A stretch of DNA of 64,000 nt from the NCBI GenBank assembly GCA_035084275.1, contig CM068743.1, forward strand, positions 92,690,001-92,754,000, written 5' to 3'. A model generated the notes under the pieces. The model was not told the origin of the DNA, searched no databases, and was given only the letters and a program-made list of their open reading frames with translations. The position numbers and the translations under genes are program-made. This document shows positions 37,651 through 51,306 of this stretch, one piece after another; within the stretch, counting starts at the first letter, position 1, and the number at the start of each line of letters is the position of its first letter. Origin of the DNA: Hydrolagus colliei (lineage: Eukaryota).

Positions 37651-39007
37651 TGAGCTATACAAAACTGAGAGGTTGCTGGATTGAGTTCTGGTTTGTTTGT
37701 GCTGTACTTGATTATCTCAACTGGGTAGTAGGGTATCTGGCTTAGGGAGAAGAGAAATTAACCTTTGTTTCTACTCCTGAACACTATCCAGTGACTTCTG
37801 CTGGAAATTGTCTTTGTGGATATTGTGGAGTTTGGGAATAGCTTCGGGGACAATGGCCCAAATGGATGACCAAACATTGTGTAGAATCACACATAATGAA
37901 TGACTTGATGTGAGGCCCATCCAGGTCTTGATGTCTGACAGGCAGGTGGACAGAACATCAGTGGAATTAGAGTAGAAGTACAAAAGTAGATTTGGATGTA
38001 TTCCATGTACATGTGGAAGTTAACCCTGTAAATGAGGATTTCATCACCATGGGGGATATTTAGATGAGGAAAACGATGGGAATCAAAGATAGAGCTATGA
38101 GGAATTTATGTATGTATGTATGAGGAGAAACAAAGTTAGTGGAGACAAAGCTAATGTAACGTGTTAACTATGACATCAAAAAGACTCAAAGCACTTCACA
38201 GGGAATTGTGTCGAGTATGGTAACTGTACTTTAAGTGAAACTTCTGGATGGATCCATCTAGAAAGAGCAGTAGTACAGCATTGTAGTGCTCAAGAGAATA
38301 CTGCTACAATATGGTATGATTCCAAGTGACATGCTCACTTATGTACATAGTGAGCTTTTTTAGCTCCTATTCAAGTGTACCATTCAGAAGTAGATTGTTC
38401 CACTTGGATTGCGGGTACAGAAATTCAAACGTTACACTGATAAGGCTCCAGCCCTTCCTCAAGCATCGACAAGGCTCAAGCCCTTCCCCCACCCCACCGT
38501 TCCGCTACCCCAGCTATCTGTGTACTACAGTGCCAGCTATAGCAGTTTGTGCTGTGAAGATTAACAGCTTTCTTTAAAAAGAGATAGGGATTGAGTGTTA
38601 TAAAGATAAATGCAGATAAGGAAGATGCTGTGTGGATCAGGATGGGTTCCTGAAATTCCACCCAGTCTTAGCCAGTAAAACAAGCTCAAAATTTAAACTC
38701 ACACAGAAATGTAAAAACAATTGATTCAGTCATTATTTAGAATCATCTCCGGTGATTTTTTGGGGAAAAAAAGTTAGTGCTGGGTTCCAAATCAAAACGT
38801 ATCTATTTATGAATGATGTGCATTGATGAATATTTCATAATTCTGTGTAAACATAAATTTTAAGACAAGGCTGTTTTGTGGGCTGAGACAAGGTGAAATT
38901 CAACACCTCTCTGGTTGCTGGAACTTTGGAAATGAAACTTTGGAATGTAAAGGAAAGGAACCAATGGAAGACAAATAATAAAGGATACATTTCTTGATAA
39001 AAACAAC

Positions 39008-39326
39008 AATAATAATAATTATAATCCTTGCATTTGATATAGTGCTTTTCACATCTTATCAACATCTCAAAGCACTTCACAGAATATACTGTAAAGTGAA
39101 TTGACTGTACATTTGTGGGTGAAACGAAACACGGCTGCCAATTGCAGGGTCCCACAAACAGTCGTGAATTGAAATTACCAATTTTTATTAATTTTTTGGG
39201 ATGGATTATTGTTAAGTATGTGCAGTAAGGAAACTTGTCCAAGGTTTTGCCCTGATCTGCCTGGATTCAAACACAGGTCTCATGCTTGTAAAGTGAGTGC
39301 TCTAACCACTGAACTACAGGAGCTCC
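39008..39326 (-). mobile_element. Young tRNA-derived SINE
   Basis: Complete copy from (TAA)n tail to head. Confidence 0.88.
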
Positions 39327-41374
39327 ACAAATTCCAGTTGTACAGCGCCTTTCAGGTCAGGAGGACATCCCAAGGCTCTGGGATCTTGCAAGTCTGATTT
39401 GTTTGGGGGATCGTGGTGGGGTGGAGGGAGATGAAAGGAACTTTTCTGTGAAGATTCTCACAGGAGATTTAACAGACTGAGCAAAGGGAATGAAAAGGCT
39501 GATATTTGCGATACAGAACAAGGGCTTTTGGCCCATTGTGCTTGTGTTGTTTCTCTGAATAAACAATCTATTCAGTTCTGTTATCTATATTTTTCCTTTT
39601 CAGATATATATAAATATCTCATAGATAAGGGATTCTGCTTCAACCACAGTTCCAGATAGGGGTGTCTACATTTAAAGAACCATCTGTGAAAAAAAATTCA
39701 ACCTCGTGTTTTGTTCATTTAATAATTACCATAAATGTATGCCCTTGAGCTAGTTTTTGTGAGTGAAAAGGGAAAGTTCTTCTGCTTTTTCCTAGCTACC
39801 TTCTAATTAATTTTACTGGTTAGCTTTGCCCACAAAACACACAGTCGATTCACTTTAAGTATATTCTGTGAAGTGCTTTGAGGCGGCTCAAATACGTGAT
39901 CATTTTTATACATCAATTGCAAGGATTAATATTATAACTTATGCTTTGATCTTCGCCTACTGGCCCACCCATGGAACAGATTTGTCCAGCAGTGTTTATA
40001 TCACACTGCTTGTGGCAGGTATTTCAATTTAAACAGGATAAAATACTGCTCCAAAACTCTAGGCTCTTTCTATTCCCTCCTGGAGCACCATAGAAAGGTA
40101 ATCTGACAAATGACAGCAGTGAGAGCTAGTGGGGCTGGGGTGGGAGGTGGGGTAGTGAAGGAATGTTGTTTTAGATGTGATTTTTCACACTTGCTGGTGG
40201 CGAGGTTGCGGTGTTTATGAATAATCTTTGAACTTCTCCAAATAAATATTATGAATCCTGAAAGATATATGTGCTAATTTAATACAGAACAATTGTGTTA
40301 CAAGCAAATTGGACATATGTATACATTCAGCTAAGTTTGTACATTTAAGCATGTTGTGAATCACTATTTCCAAAGAGACAATAGGTAAATCACTAGAATT
40401 CTATATGGTAACTTGGGCTCTTATTAACTTAACCTTATCGTGGTTAGGTAAACAACAACAACAACAACAACAACATTCCATTCATAAAACGCCTTTCACA
40501 TCAGGAGGACGTCCCAAAGTGCTGAACAATCAGGTCGGCACCTGAGCAAGGGGGGAAGGGTCGGGGTAGGGGGAAAGGGCAGGAGAGTCAGAGAGGTGAA
40601 AGAGTTAGAAGTGGAGCAGAAAGCCTTCTTGTGTATTTTAAAAATTGTACTTTGAAATTATTTCCAAACATTTTATGAATCATTGTTTAGTGTTGTAGTT
40701 TGTTTTACGTTTATAGAAGACAAACGCTTCTGCACTATCTACTGTTGGATAGGGTTGGCTTTCAGCTTGTGCTTTCTGATTTCCTCGAGAAATGTGTGGA
40801 GTGGAATTCAGTTTGCATTATGCACAGCATCATTGGTGATACCAGTGGCTAATGGGATTTCACCCATTATAACAACATATTGGCAAAAGCACAATAGTAA
40901 AGCTGACTGCAATTTAAGTCCTGAGTACAGATGCTGAATGAGTGCCCTCCAGTGCTGTGTAATGATTTAAGTCAAATAACTTGCTCGCATCATTATCATC
41001 CTCTATGTTTCTTATGCTTGGTTTAAATCACTTTGCACAAAAATCCTGCCAACTCGCCACACAGAAAAGCGTATTATAAATCAGGTTTGAGACACTCAAT
41101 CTCAAATCCACACTGGAGCTTGCCTGATAAAAGCCTTTTGAGGAAATGGTTATACCACAGCATTGATCTCACTGCTGCAAGGACTAGTAATGGGAAGCTT
41201 TAATGTGATTAAAGAACTGGTCACACAATTGTCTCTTTAATAAGATTTTTTTAAAACATCGAATTGTGGTCATGGATATGCCTTGAGGGACCAGAGCAAT
41301 TGGGATTAGGAAGTGGGAATAACATGGAGTATATCCAATTGTAGCAAAATCAACTTCCTTGAATTATGGAGTTG

Positions 41375-41870
41375 AATTGGAGCATGAGGTTAAGTGAACA
41401 ACCATGGAGGTTGATGCTGCCTGCACCTGATGCGTGAAGGTGCTGGTGCAAGCCAAGAAGTAGGGCCTCGGTCTTGTTGACATTCAATTGTAGAAAGTTA
41501 GCTCTCATCCAGGACTTGATGTCTAACAGACAGTCTGTCAAGACAGTAGTAGTCCCGGAGTTGAGAGTGGAGATGGAAATATAGAGTTGGCTGTCATCCA
41601 TACATGTGGAAATTAACCCTTTGTCTGCGGATGATGTCACCAAGTGGGAGCATGTAGACGTTGAAAAGTAGCGGGAGCTCTGGTGGATGCCACAGGTGAC
41701 AGTGTGGGGGCTGGAAGATAAGCCGTTGGTGGAGACAATGGGAGAGGTAAGAGTCGAACCAGGCAAGGGCAGGTCCGCGGAGATTGAGGAGGGAGGAGAG
41801 GCAGTGTAGGAGGATGGAATGATCAACACTATCAAAGGTGGCAAGAGAGACCAAGGAGGACAAGGAGGCA
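41375..41870 (-). mobile_element. L2 LINE reverse transcriptase fragment
   Basis: ATFDSVDHSILL, LLFNVYMLPLGDII, DDSQLY, DIKSWMRANFLQLNVNKTEALL. Confidence 0.85.
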
Positions 41871-42009
41871 AAAAAAAGCCCTGATTACAGATTTTCCCAG
41901 TCAATTCAATTTACAGTATATTCTGTGATGCGCTTTGAGACGTCTAAAAGAAGTGAAAAGCGCTGTATCAAATGCAAGGATGATTATTATTAAGGAATAA
42001 TTATAATTA

Positions 42010-43688
42010 TCAAGAAGACAATGCTAGCAAACAATTTAGGGAGACTAATATTAGTAAAGAGATGGTTCTAGGTAAATTGTCGAGTCTTAAAACCGATAAA
42101 TCCCCTGGACCAGATGGCCTACATCCTGGAGTTTTAAAGGAGGTGGCTACTGAGATAGTGGATGGCATGTCTATAATCTTCCAAAATTCTGTGGATACTG
42201 GAAAAGTTCCCATTGATTGAAAGATTGCAAACGTAACTCCACTATTCAAGAAGAGTGGGAGAGAAAATATGGGAAACTATAGACCAGTTAGTCTGACGTC
42301 AGTTAAAGGGAAAATTCTTGAATCCTTAATAAAAGATTAAGTTATGGGATACCCTAAAGACCATAAAAAGATTAGGCAGAGTCAACATGGCTTTACAAAA
42401 GGGAAGTCATGCTTGACTAATCTTTTAGAAATTTTTTGAGGATGTATCCAGCAGGTTGGATAAGGGGGAACCAGTAGATGTGGTATATTTGGATTTTAGG
42501 AAGGCTTTTGACAAGGTGCCACACAAAAGGCTGTTACTCAAGATTAAGGCCCATGGGATTAATGGGAAAATATTAACATGGATAGAAGAGTGGCTAACGG
42601 GTAGAAAGCAGAGAGTAGCGATAAACGGATCATTCTCGAATTGGCAGGATGTAATTAGTGGAGTGCCACAAGGATCAGTGCTTGGGCCTCAGCTATTTAC
42701 TATTTACATCAATGATCTAGATGAGAACATTGAATGTAACGTGTCTAAATTCGCGGATGACACTAAACTAGGTAGCAGAGTGAGCTCTGAGGATGATGCA
42801 AAAAGATTGCAACAAGATATAGATAGGTTAGGGGAGTGGGCAAGTAGGTGGAAGATGGAATTCAATGTTAGCAAGTGTGAAATTATTCACCTAGGTAGCA
42901 AGAATGAAAGAATAGATTATTTTCTAGAGGGGGAGAAGTTAGATAGTGTTAGTATTCAAAGGGATTTGGGTGTCCTTGTACACCAGTCCCAAAAGGTTAG
43001 TTTGCAGGTGCAGCAAGCAACTAAGAAGGCGAATGGCATGCTAGCGTTCATTTCAAAAGGTTTAGAGTACAAGAGTAGGGAAGTCTTGCTGCATCTGTAT
43101 AGGGCCTTGGTGAGACCGCACCTAGAGTATTGTGTGCAGTTTTGGTCTCCTTATTTAAAAAAGGACATACTTGCCTTAGAGGGGGTGCAGCGTAGATTCA
43201 CTAGGTTAGTTCCTGGGATGAGGGGACTGACCTATGAGGATAGGTTGAATAAACTAGGGCTGTATTCTCTCGAGTACAGAAGAATTAGGGGGGAATCTTA
43301 TTGAAACATATAAGATTCTTAAAGGGCTAGATAAAGTAAGGCACTGAGGGACTGTTTCCCCTGGTAGGAGAATCTATAACCAGGGGTCACAGTCTTAAAA
43401 TTAAGGGTCAGCCTTTTAGAACAGAGTTGAGGAAACATTTCTTTACTCAGAGGGTAGTGAATTTATGGAATTCACTACCCCAGAAGGGTGTAGATGCTCA
43501 GTCCTTGAACATTTTCAAGGCTGAGACTGATAGATTTTTGAAAAATAGAGGGATTAGGGGATATGGGGATAGGGCAGGTAATCAAAGTTAGGTGAGAAGA
43601 TCAGCCATGATCTTGTTGAATGGCGGAGCAGGCTCGAAGGGCCAAATGGCCTACTCCTGCTCCTAATTCTTATGTTCTTATGTTCTTA
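42010..43688 (+). mobile_element. 5'-truncated young CR1 LINE (ORF2 RT domain plus 3'UTR)
   Basis: KSPGPDG, NYRPVSLTS, VDVVYLDFRKAFDKVPH, GVPQGSVLGP, KFADDTKL, LVRPHLEYCVQFWSP; 3' terminus ...CCTACTCCTGCTCCTAATTCTTATGTTCTTATGTTCTT; a few stops and frameshifts outside the 42456-43304 ORF. Confidence 0.95.
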
Positions 43689-45745
43689 TTATTCATATAA
43701 CCCTGCTAGAATGTTGCTACCACAGCCTCAACGTTCAGTCAACATAATGACTGAAGGAAAGCACAGCCATGCTGTGTAACTTATCTGTTGTACGCCATAT
43801 GACAGCTGCCTCTTGTAAAAATGTCACTTGTACATCAGCTGCACAGCTTCAGTGGATTGATTTTCTGCATCTATGAATGTAAGAGGACATTTCACTGTGT
43901 TCATGTTTGTCAAAGATTATACTTCAAAGCTTCCGAGCAAAGGGATTGCACCAAGGACAGTACAATTCAAAGGTCAGAGCTGAAAATCCAAAGTGAAAAG
44001 CAAACAGATGTTTGTCAAAGATGCAAGAAGAAAGAATGCTTAGTTTAGGCTGTTGGCTGAATTCATCACTCAATAACTAAATAAAACTATACAAAATAGA
44101 CTGTGAATGAGAGGGCATTTTGGCTTCAGAGCTATAGGGGAAGAAGATGCATGATGGAGAGATGCAAGCAGTACTCTTTTTCCTTGAATACCTAAGAGTT
44201 ATCTGAAAGGCTTTGGACCAGCCCTTGTGCCTGTACTCTCATGCCTCCTAGTAGTTGTAGAGGCAATGCGGACAGGTGAAGGTTCCTCTAGCTTTGAACA
44301 GGTGAAGGACTCTTGAAGTCTTTCCCTTCCAAATGAATAAAGTGATGAGTTGGGTGTCATCAACATACATGTGGAAGTATGAATCCATGAAGCATTTGTT
44401 AAAACAACATGAAGTCACTAAAATATTAAACAATAAACATATAATTTTGGTTTATCATGCCAAATGCTTCAAGTACATTTCGTCAAGTGCAGTAACTGTT
44501 CTGTAGGCAAATATTCGGGCATTTGTCCATAACAATGGTTTTAGAAACAGTCATGAGGTGCACAACCAATTAATAAGTAGGATTGTTGACTAGGATAATG
44601 GGCAAAACAGCCTTCTCTCTCTAAATGGTATCACAGGATCTTTGTATCTGCCAGAAAGAGGCAGACGAGACCTTAGATTAACCTTTCATATGAAAGACAA
44701 TAGAGCTTGTGAAACGCAGAGCTAGTTTGAAAAAAACAGGCTATATTTGGTTTACATTTTCTACCTGAGAGAAATGAAATACAATTAGTACAATGGTCTA
44801 TTTTTAAAAATATTGTGCACTTGAAGCCAACTAATTCTGTGTGTTAAAATTTTTTATATCTTCCTTCTGACTTTTGGGAATATGGGATTAGTTAATTTCT
44901 ATAATGTTCATTGATTGTGGGTCCATTTCTTGAATATTTGATGCAGATCATCTTTCTTACAAATACTCCATATTTTAAAACCCTTACGCCATCAGCTTTG
45001 TAAGTGAAATTCGAATTAGGTTTTATGACCACAAACAGGCTTAACTCAAGAAATTTCATTTAATTATTTGTAATGCATGACACAATTTCCAAAGTGAAAT
45101 GAGTTTAAACTTTAATTATGTATTGGAACTCATCATACTGTAGCGCGGGGGAATTTGTCAAATATTGCTGCTTTGTGCAATAGGTATAACAAAGGCATTA
45201 GCAATACTTTGCATTGAAGTGTTTGGCACAGGAGGAAAAGCTTGCAGGTTTAATAGAATAAACCAAGTTCCATGTTTTAAATTTAATCAAGTGAGGGAAT
45301 TAAAGAGCATGGCATCGAACATCTAACAGAAAATACAAGAGCTACAGCAAGCGTGTTGAACAACAAGTAACACTTTTGTGCCGTGCATTGACTAGGCTGC
45401 AAGAAGAAAAGAGACACCTGATACAGAATTGATTAAAATAAACTGTTGAACAACTGTCCAACAAATTCATCAATGAATAAATCAATCTTCTATTTCCAAA
45501 CATGTCAAAACAAAGCTAGCTTCATTGAATTTTGCTGTAAAATTATGTTTTTATATGTTGTAAAATCAAGAACAATGATTCCAGGAAGAGAAGAGCAATC
45601 AGTACTCAATGTGGAAACTAAAATAAGATAGGGTTACTGCTCTTGGTTTCACTTCAGCATTCTCTACGGTTCTATGAATTTCTGGAAGCCAGGTGGGGAG
45701 GAGTCATGCTTGGCTGCAACAATAACTATAATGATATTAATAGTA

Positions 45746-46441
45746 AACCTTTCATTTGATGTAGCGCTTTATCACATCTTCTAGACGTCTCAAAGCGCTT
45801 CACAGAAGATATTGTTAAGTGAATTGACTGTATGTTTTGTGGGCGAAATGCAGCAGCCAATTGGGCACAACAGTATCCCATTAAGTGACCAATTAAAAGT
45901 ATTTATTATTACAAAAGCCCGTTTATCCACACCCTCCGGGGGGTCGACTAATTGACCGTGCCGGATAATCAGACGGCAAGTTGCCAAAAACCCAACACAA
46001 AAAATTAGCTTATCTTAAAACATACCATAAATAGTAACAGAATGTTGTATGGCTACTTACCAATAAAGATTCCAGCACACTCGGTAAAAAGATCGGTAAA
46101 GCAGCATTTTTTACCGATCAGTAAAAACCTCCAAGTTCAAAAGTTTAATAAGTGCCATGTGCGCATGCGCAAAGTGAGCATACTCGCGATTGCTGGAATG
46201 GGGAATTGCCCCAGGAGGCGGTCGAGCAATCCGGTTGATCAGATCACGGATTACTGTACTTTTGAAGGGATTATTACCCCCGGAAAAGCGATCTGCCAAT
46301 CAACTAACAACCATGTTCCTACTTATTGCTAGGCAAACAGAGTCATGTGAAGTAAGGAAACTTTCCCAATGTTTAACCCTGCCATGAATCAAACCCCGGT
46401 TCTCTTATTTTTTAGGTGAGTGTTCCAACCACTATGCTACA
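45746..46441 (-). mobile_element. tRNA-derived SINE (long form) split by a MITE
   Basis: Tail at 45746-45909; head resumes at 46259-46441. Confidence 0.75.
45912..46256. mobile_element. Probable Tigger-like MITE with degenerate TIRs
   Basis: TA on both sides (45910-45911, 46257-46258); right end ...GGATTACTG reads CAGTAATCC on minus; left end CAAAAGCCCGTTTATCC; CpG-rich and interrupts a SINE. Confidence 0.55.
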
Positions 46442-46833
46442 AGATATGCTCCATGCTCTCTAAAGACTAGTGGCCTGCTAACAATGAAATGCTCTGAGAC
46501 GCCGTCCGGCATGGAGGGCGCTATATAAATTGAAGTTGTTGTTGTAGTTGTAGCCAACACTCACTGCCAAGGTTCACCTATGAACAATGGCCAATACCAG
46601 AGAACATCCAATGGGATCCATAATCCAGAAGAGGAGACCAGACCAACAGCAGAGAAAAATAAATGGAGATGCTAAATTTATAGAGAAAAAGAAAGAAATC
46701 CTGGGATCAGTTAGCAGCCTCTCTTCTTAGCTATTGATGGTACATATATCTTGAGGGACAAAGCATAGACAAAATGGCAGAAGACGTCAGGGGTTGATAA
46801 CCAAACACAACACAACAGTATTATTATACACAA

Positions 46834-47170
46834 ACAGAAATCACTTGGAACACTCAGCAGGTCAGGCAGCATCTATGGAGAAAGGAAAAGTGAGTCAACA
46901 TTTCGGGTCCACGACTCTTCGTTACAACTGGGGCATGTTGGGTGTGAGAGGCTTTTAAGAACTAACAGGGGCAGGGCAAAGAAGACAAAGGAGAAATTGG
47001 GGTAGAGGACAGAAGATGATGGGTTAAAGAGGTGTTAATGTTGTGAAACAAAAATGGAGGATTGCAACAAAACTGGAGAGAAGTGGGTGTTAATAATGTT
47101 CAACAAAGAGGGGTGAAATTGTAAAAGAACTGGCAGATCAGATGGTCACAGAAGAAGGAGAAGGTGAGCT
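46834..47170. mobile_element. Penelope-like element end with adjoining internal sequence
   Basis: ACTCAGCAGGTCAGGCAGCATCTATGGAGAAAGGAAAAGTGAGTCAACATTTCGGGTC matches the left arm of 54729-54969; followed by purine-rich sequence. Confidence 0.55.
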
Positions 47171-47184
47171 GTTATGGCCTGAAA

Positions 47185-49872
47185 TTATTTACACTATCAA
47201 CCTGTCCCTCTCATTCATTATCACTATCAATATCACTGTTCCCATACAGCTCAATACAGCCACTATCACCCCCATTCTGAAGAAACCTTCACTCGACGCC
47301 TCACAACTTTCCAGCTACCGGCCCATCTCCAACCTTCCTTTTCAGTCAAAGGTCCTTGAAACCACAGCTCCCTCTGCCTCCTCATCCTCCTTGATCTATC
47401 CGCTGCCTTTGATACTGTGGACCATTGAACTCTCATCCACTGCCTTTCCTCCCACCACAACCTTCAAGGTTTTAACCTTTGACTGGTTCAGGTCTTTCAC
47501 ATCATCTCCACTTTGTGTCTGCTGATGGCTTTTCCTCCAGTCCCCACACCATCTCGTGCAGTGTTCCTCGAGGCTCTGTCCTTGTGCACAAGTTGTGCAC
47601 AAGTTTCCTTACTCCACATGCCTACTAATATTCCTCAAAAAAAATTGTTCACTTCAATCCATGACTGTTTGTGGGACACTGCTGTGCGCAATTAGCTGCT
47701 GCGTTTTCCCCACATAAATACAGTCAATTATCTTTTCAGTATATTCTGTGAAGCTCTTTCAGACATTGATAAGATGTGAAAAGCGCAACATCAAATCCGA
47801 GGATTATTATTATTATAATTATATATGCTCCCCCTCAGTAACACCATCCACAGACATGGAATAAATTTTCATATGTACGCAGATGACACCTAACTCTATC
47901 TCTGTGCTTCTATCCTTAACTCCAGGACTACCAAGAACAACAAAATTACATTTGTATAGCGCCTTTCACGTCAGGAGGATGTCCCAAGGTGCTGGACAGT
48001 TACTGCTCCAGCTGAGGATGGGGGGGGGGGAGGGGGAAAGGAGTTGCCAATGGGTCCATTAAAGAGGAGAGTCTTGAGGCGAGACTTGAAGGAGGCCAGG
48101 GAGCGGGCGACGCAGATTTCGGGATGGAGTTCCAGAGGTTTGGGACAGAGTCTCTGAAGGCTCACCCACCAATGGTTGGGTGGGTGGGTCGGGGAACGTG
48201 GAGCAGACCAGAGCCTGCTGAACGGAGGGGGCAGGCGGATTGGTAAGGGGATAGGAGGTCACAGATGTAGGGTGGGGCGAGGTTGTGGAGGGCTTTAAAT
48301 GTGAGGACCAGGATCTTGAATTGGATCCTCTGGATAATGGGGAGTCAATGGAGTCGGGCAAAGATGAGGAGATGGGGGTCACAGCATTTGCAATGGTAAA
48401 GGACATGGGCCGCAGAGTTCTGGATTATCTGCAGGCTGTGGAGGGAGAAATTGGGAAGGCCAACCAGCAAGGCATCCTGAGTAGTGTCCTGACTGCCTGC
48501 CTGTCTGGCATTAAGTCCTGGACAAGGGGCAACTTTCTTCAGTTCAAAGTCAGCTAGAGCGAAGCTCTCCTGATTGGCTTGAGTCGGCACCTCCGCACCT
48601 CAAGGGTTGGCAGCATCCGCATCAGTGGCTGCACTCGCCACTTCTCAAAGCCAGTCAAGAACCTTGGTGTCTTGTTTGACCTGAATTGTCCTTCCTCCCC
48701 CACATCCGCGCCATGACAAGCACTGCCTTCCACCACCTCTGTAACATTTACAGACTCCGCCACTGCTTCACCCCTCAGTAGGGTCCGTTGATATGGAAAT
48801 TTTCCGATATCGATATATCGGTCGGCTCATATCAATATATAAGGATATATCGATATTTCTGTTTTTTTTAATACTGTGCATGCGAGCGCATTGAAAGGTG
48901 CGCGTGTATTCGGGGGTGCACGCGCATTCGGGGATGTGTGCGCATTTGGAGGTGCGCGCGCATTCGGGGGTGCACGGGCATTCCGTGTGCGCACGTGCAT
49001 TCCGTGCTCTAGGCCCAGGAGGTTTGCAATGCCGGCAACAAGGTAAGTTGGAAAAGTTTGCATTATACGGATAATACCGATATATCGATATATCGCCGGA
49101 AAGATATACCAATATTTACGATATACCAATTTTTTTTATACTGAATTTTTTGATATATCGATATATTTTAAATTCCAATATCGGCAGATTGATATGAAAA
49201 TTTATATCGATGTAACCGATACACTACCCCTCAGGATGCCCAAACCCTTGTCCATGCATTCGTCACATCAAGGCTCGACTATGGAAACTCCCTCCTCATC
49301 GGCCTCCCCTGCTCTTCCCTTCACAAGCTGCAGATCATCCAGAACTCTGCAACTTGTGTCCTCTCCCGCACTGAGCTCTGTGAACACATCACTCCCACCC
49401 TCACTGGGCTCGATTGGCTCTCCATGCCCCAGAGGATCAAATTCACGAGGCTCATCCTCACTTTCAAGGCCATTCACGGCCTTGCCTCCTCCTACCTCTC
49501 TGACCTGCTGAATCCCTATCAACCTGCCCACCGCATCCATTCAGTGGGCTCCGGTCTGCCCCATGTCCCCTGCCCAACCCGCCCTACCATTGGTGGCTGG
49601 GCTTAAAGCCTCTCTGTCCTCACACTCTGGAACTACATCCCACAGTCCCTTTGCCTAATTTTCTCCCTTGCCTCCTTCAAGGCCGGTCTCAAGACCCTCC
49701 TATTTGATCGTGCCTTCTGCCAGGGCCCTCCCAGCTCATGGTCTTGCCCCCTCTCCCACCTCTTGCCCCACCCTGGCCCTTCCAGTTACTCGGGTTCCGA
49801 CCCCTAACTGTTCATCCACTTAGGACGTCCTCCCAACTTGAAAGGTTCTCTATAAATGTAATGTTGTTGTTG
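47185..49872 (+). mobile_element. L2 LINE fragmented by nested SINE (47600-47815), inverted L2 (47935-48478) and hAT MITE
   Basis: ITPILKKPSLDASQLSSYRPISNLPF, FHMYADDT (47866-47890), KNLGVLFD and L2 terminus at 49810-49872 are in collinear order once inserts are removed. Confidence 0.8.
48779..49226. mobile_element. hAT-family non-autonomous element, 448 bp
   Basis: Perfect 8-bp TSD CCCCTCAG (48771-48778, 49227-49234); ends TAGGGTCCGTT / AACCGATACACTA; many subterminal CGATAT/ATATCG motifs; central 18-bp minisatellite. Confidence 0.88.
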
Positions 49873-51306
49873 TCTGGTGTTATTGTTGTTGAAATCAATA
49901 TTAAAGGTAGAGGGCTGTAAGGTCCCTAAATAGAAGATAAGGAGCTATTCCTCAAGCTTGCGCTGCGGTTCATTGGAACAGCATAGGAGACCATGGATGG
50001 AGAGGTGAGACTGTGAGTGGGAAGGAGAGTTGATATGGCAAGAAACTGGTTGGACAGGGTTGTATTATTATACTACCTGGTATTTATTGTTGGTGGTAAA
50101 AAAACCATAATGCATCATAATGGACTTAATATAATAATATCATATTAAATCTACATTAAAATATCCTTCAACCCATTGTATCACTCTAACACGGCCAGTC
50201 AGAATAGAGCAGAGCATAGATAACATGACTAGCAGTATATTTTATAAACATATAGTCAGTCTGCGCTATAACCAACATTTGGTATGATATATACCTCAGT
50301 TAGTAAATATTATAAATAATAGTCAGTATATATTGCAAACAACAGTATATTATGAATAGTTGTGAATCAGTATCTATCATAAATAATATGGTGCACAAAC
50401 ATATTCTTCTACTTAACTGTATTTTTCCCTCTGCAGGTGAAAAGCTAGCATAAATAATTTTACTGCTACCTGGTCATTTGTGACAGATTAATGTTTTGAA
50501 AATCACATCAACTGTGAAATTGTGTAGGAAGTGGAATTGCAAACAAACAATTCACTGGAAGTTTTATTCTGTATTCATATTGCTTAAACTTTTAAAAATC
50601 AAGAATTATGTAAAACAAAAATGATGGCTGTAATCTCCACCAGTAAATAACAAATAATACTAATAATCCTTGCATTTGATATAGTCTTATCACATTGTTA
50701 AAGCATTTTGAATGACTTACTGCAAAGTGCAGTGATTTATAGGCAAAATCACAATAAATTACAATGTTGAATAGGATCCTCAGAGTCCAGCATATGGGTT
50801 TATTTTCTGTGTTTCCTCGGCTGAATATCAATACTTTACAATGAGATTTAAAATGAATTATTTTGTGTGGAAAGGTGACACGAGCAGAAAGCCCGAAAAC
50901 TCACTCACTGGTGGAGAGGTAAATAGGATAGGGGGATATGAAATTATCAGTAGTGGTTTCAGTTGTTTTACCACTGCCTGGATATTCAGATCATAATCAC
51001 TTGGGTCACCAAAACAGCGTTTACAGTTAGACCCTACACACGTTCATTGCACTTCATGGTAAATCCTGCCAAGCATCTTGAGATATCCTCCCTTGAAAGG
51101 ATTTTTTAAATGATCATAATTTATAATTTATCATCAATACATTGAATTTGTTTTTTTCAAATTTGTGCAATACACCTTACGTGGAGTTCTTTCCTGAAAA
51201 TTCAAGATAAATGCTCCTTCCAACCACTACACCAAATGCCCTAAGTAAATGAAAAATACTCTCCTATTACAAAATACGTTAAAAATAATAAAATGAAGAG
51301 TAAACC

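Noticed and set aside
40081-40100. REST/RE1-like GAGCACCATAGAAAG
   Set aside because: Too many mismatches in the GGACAG half-site.
42456-43304. Stand-alone reverse transcriptase gene (retron or domesticated RT)
   Set aside because: Part of a 5'-truncated CR1 with flanking stops, frameshifts and a typical CR1 3' end.
48881-49007. CRISPR-like array or repeat-protein ORFs (ARAPPN / ECACTP)
   Set aside because: Head-to-tail 18-bp minisatellite with no unique spacers and no cas genes, inside a MITE.
50420-50440. Strong isolated splice acceptors (also ~39603 and ~61576)
   Set aside because: No convincing open frame or paired donor; such motifs are common by chance.
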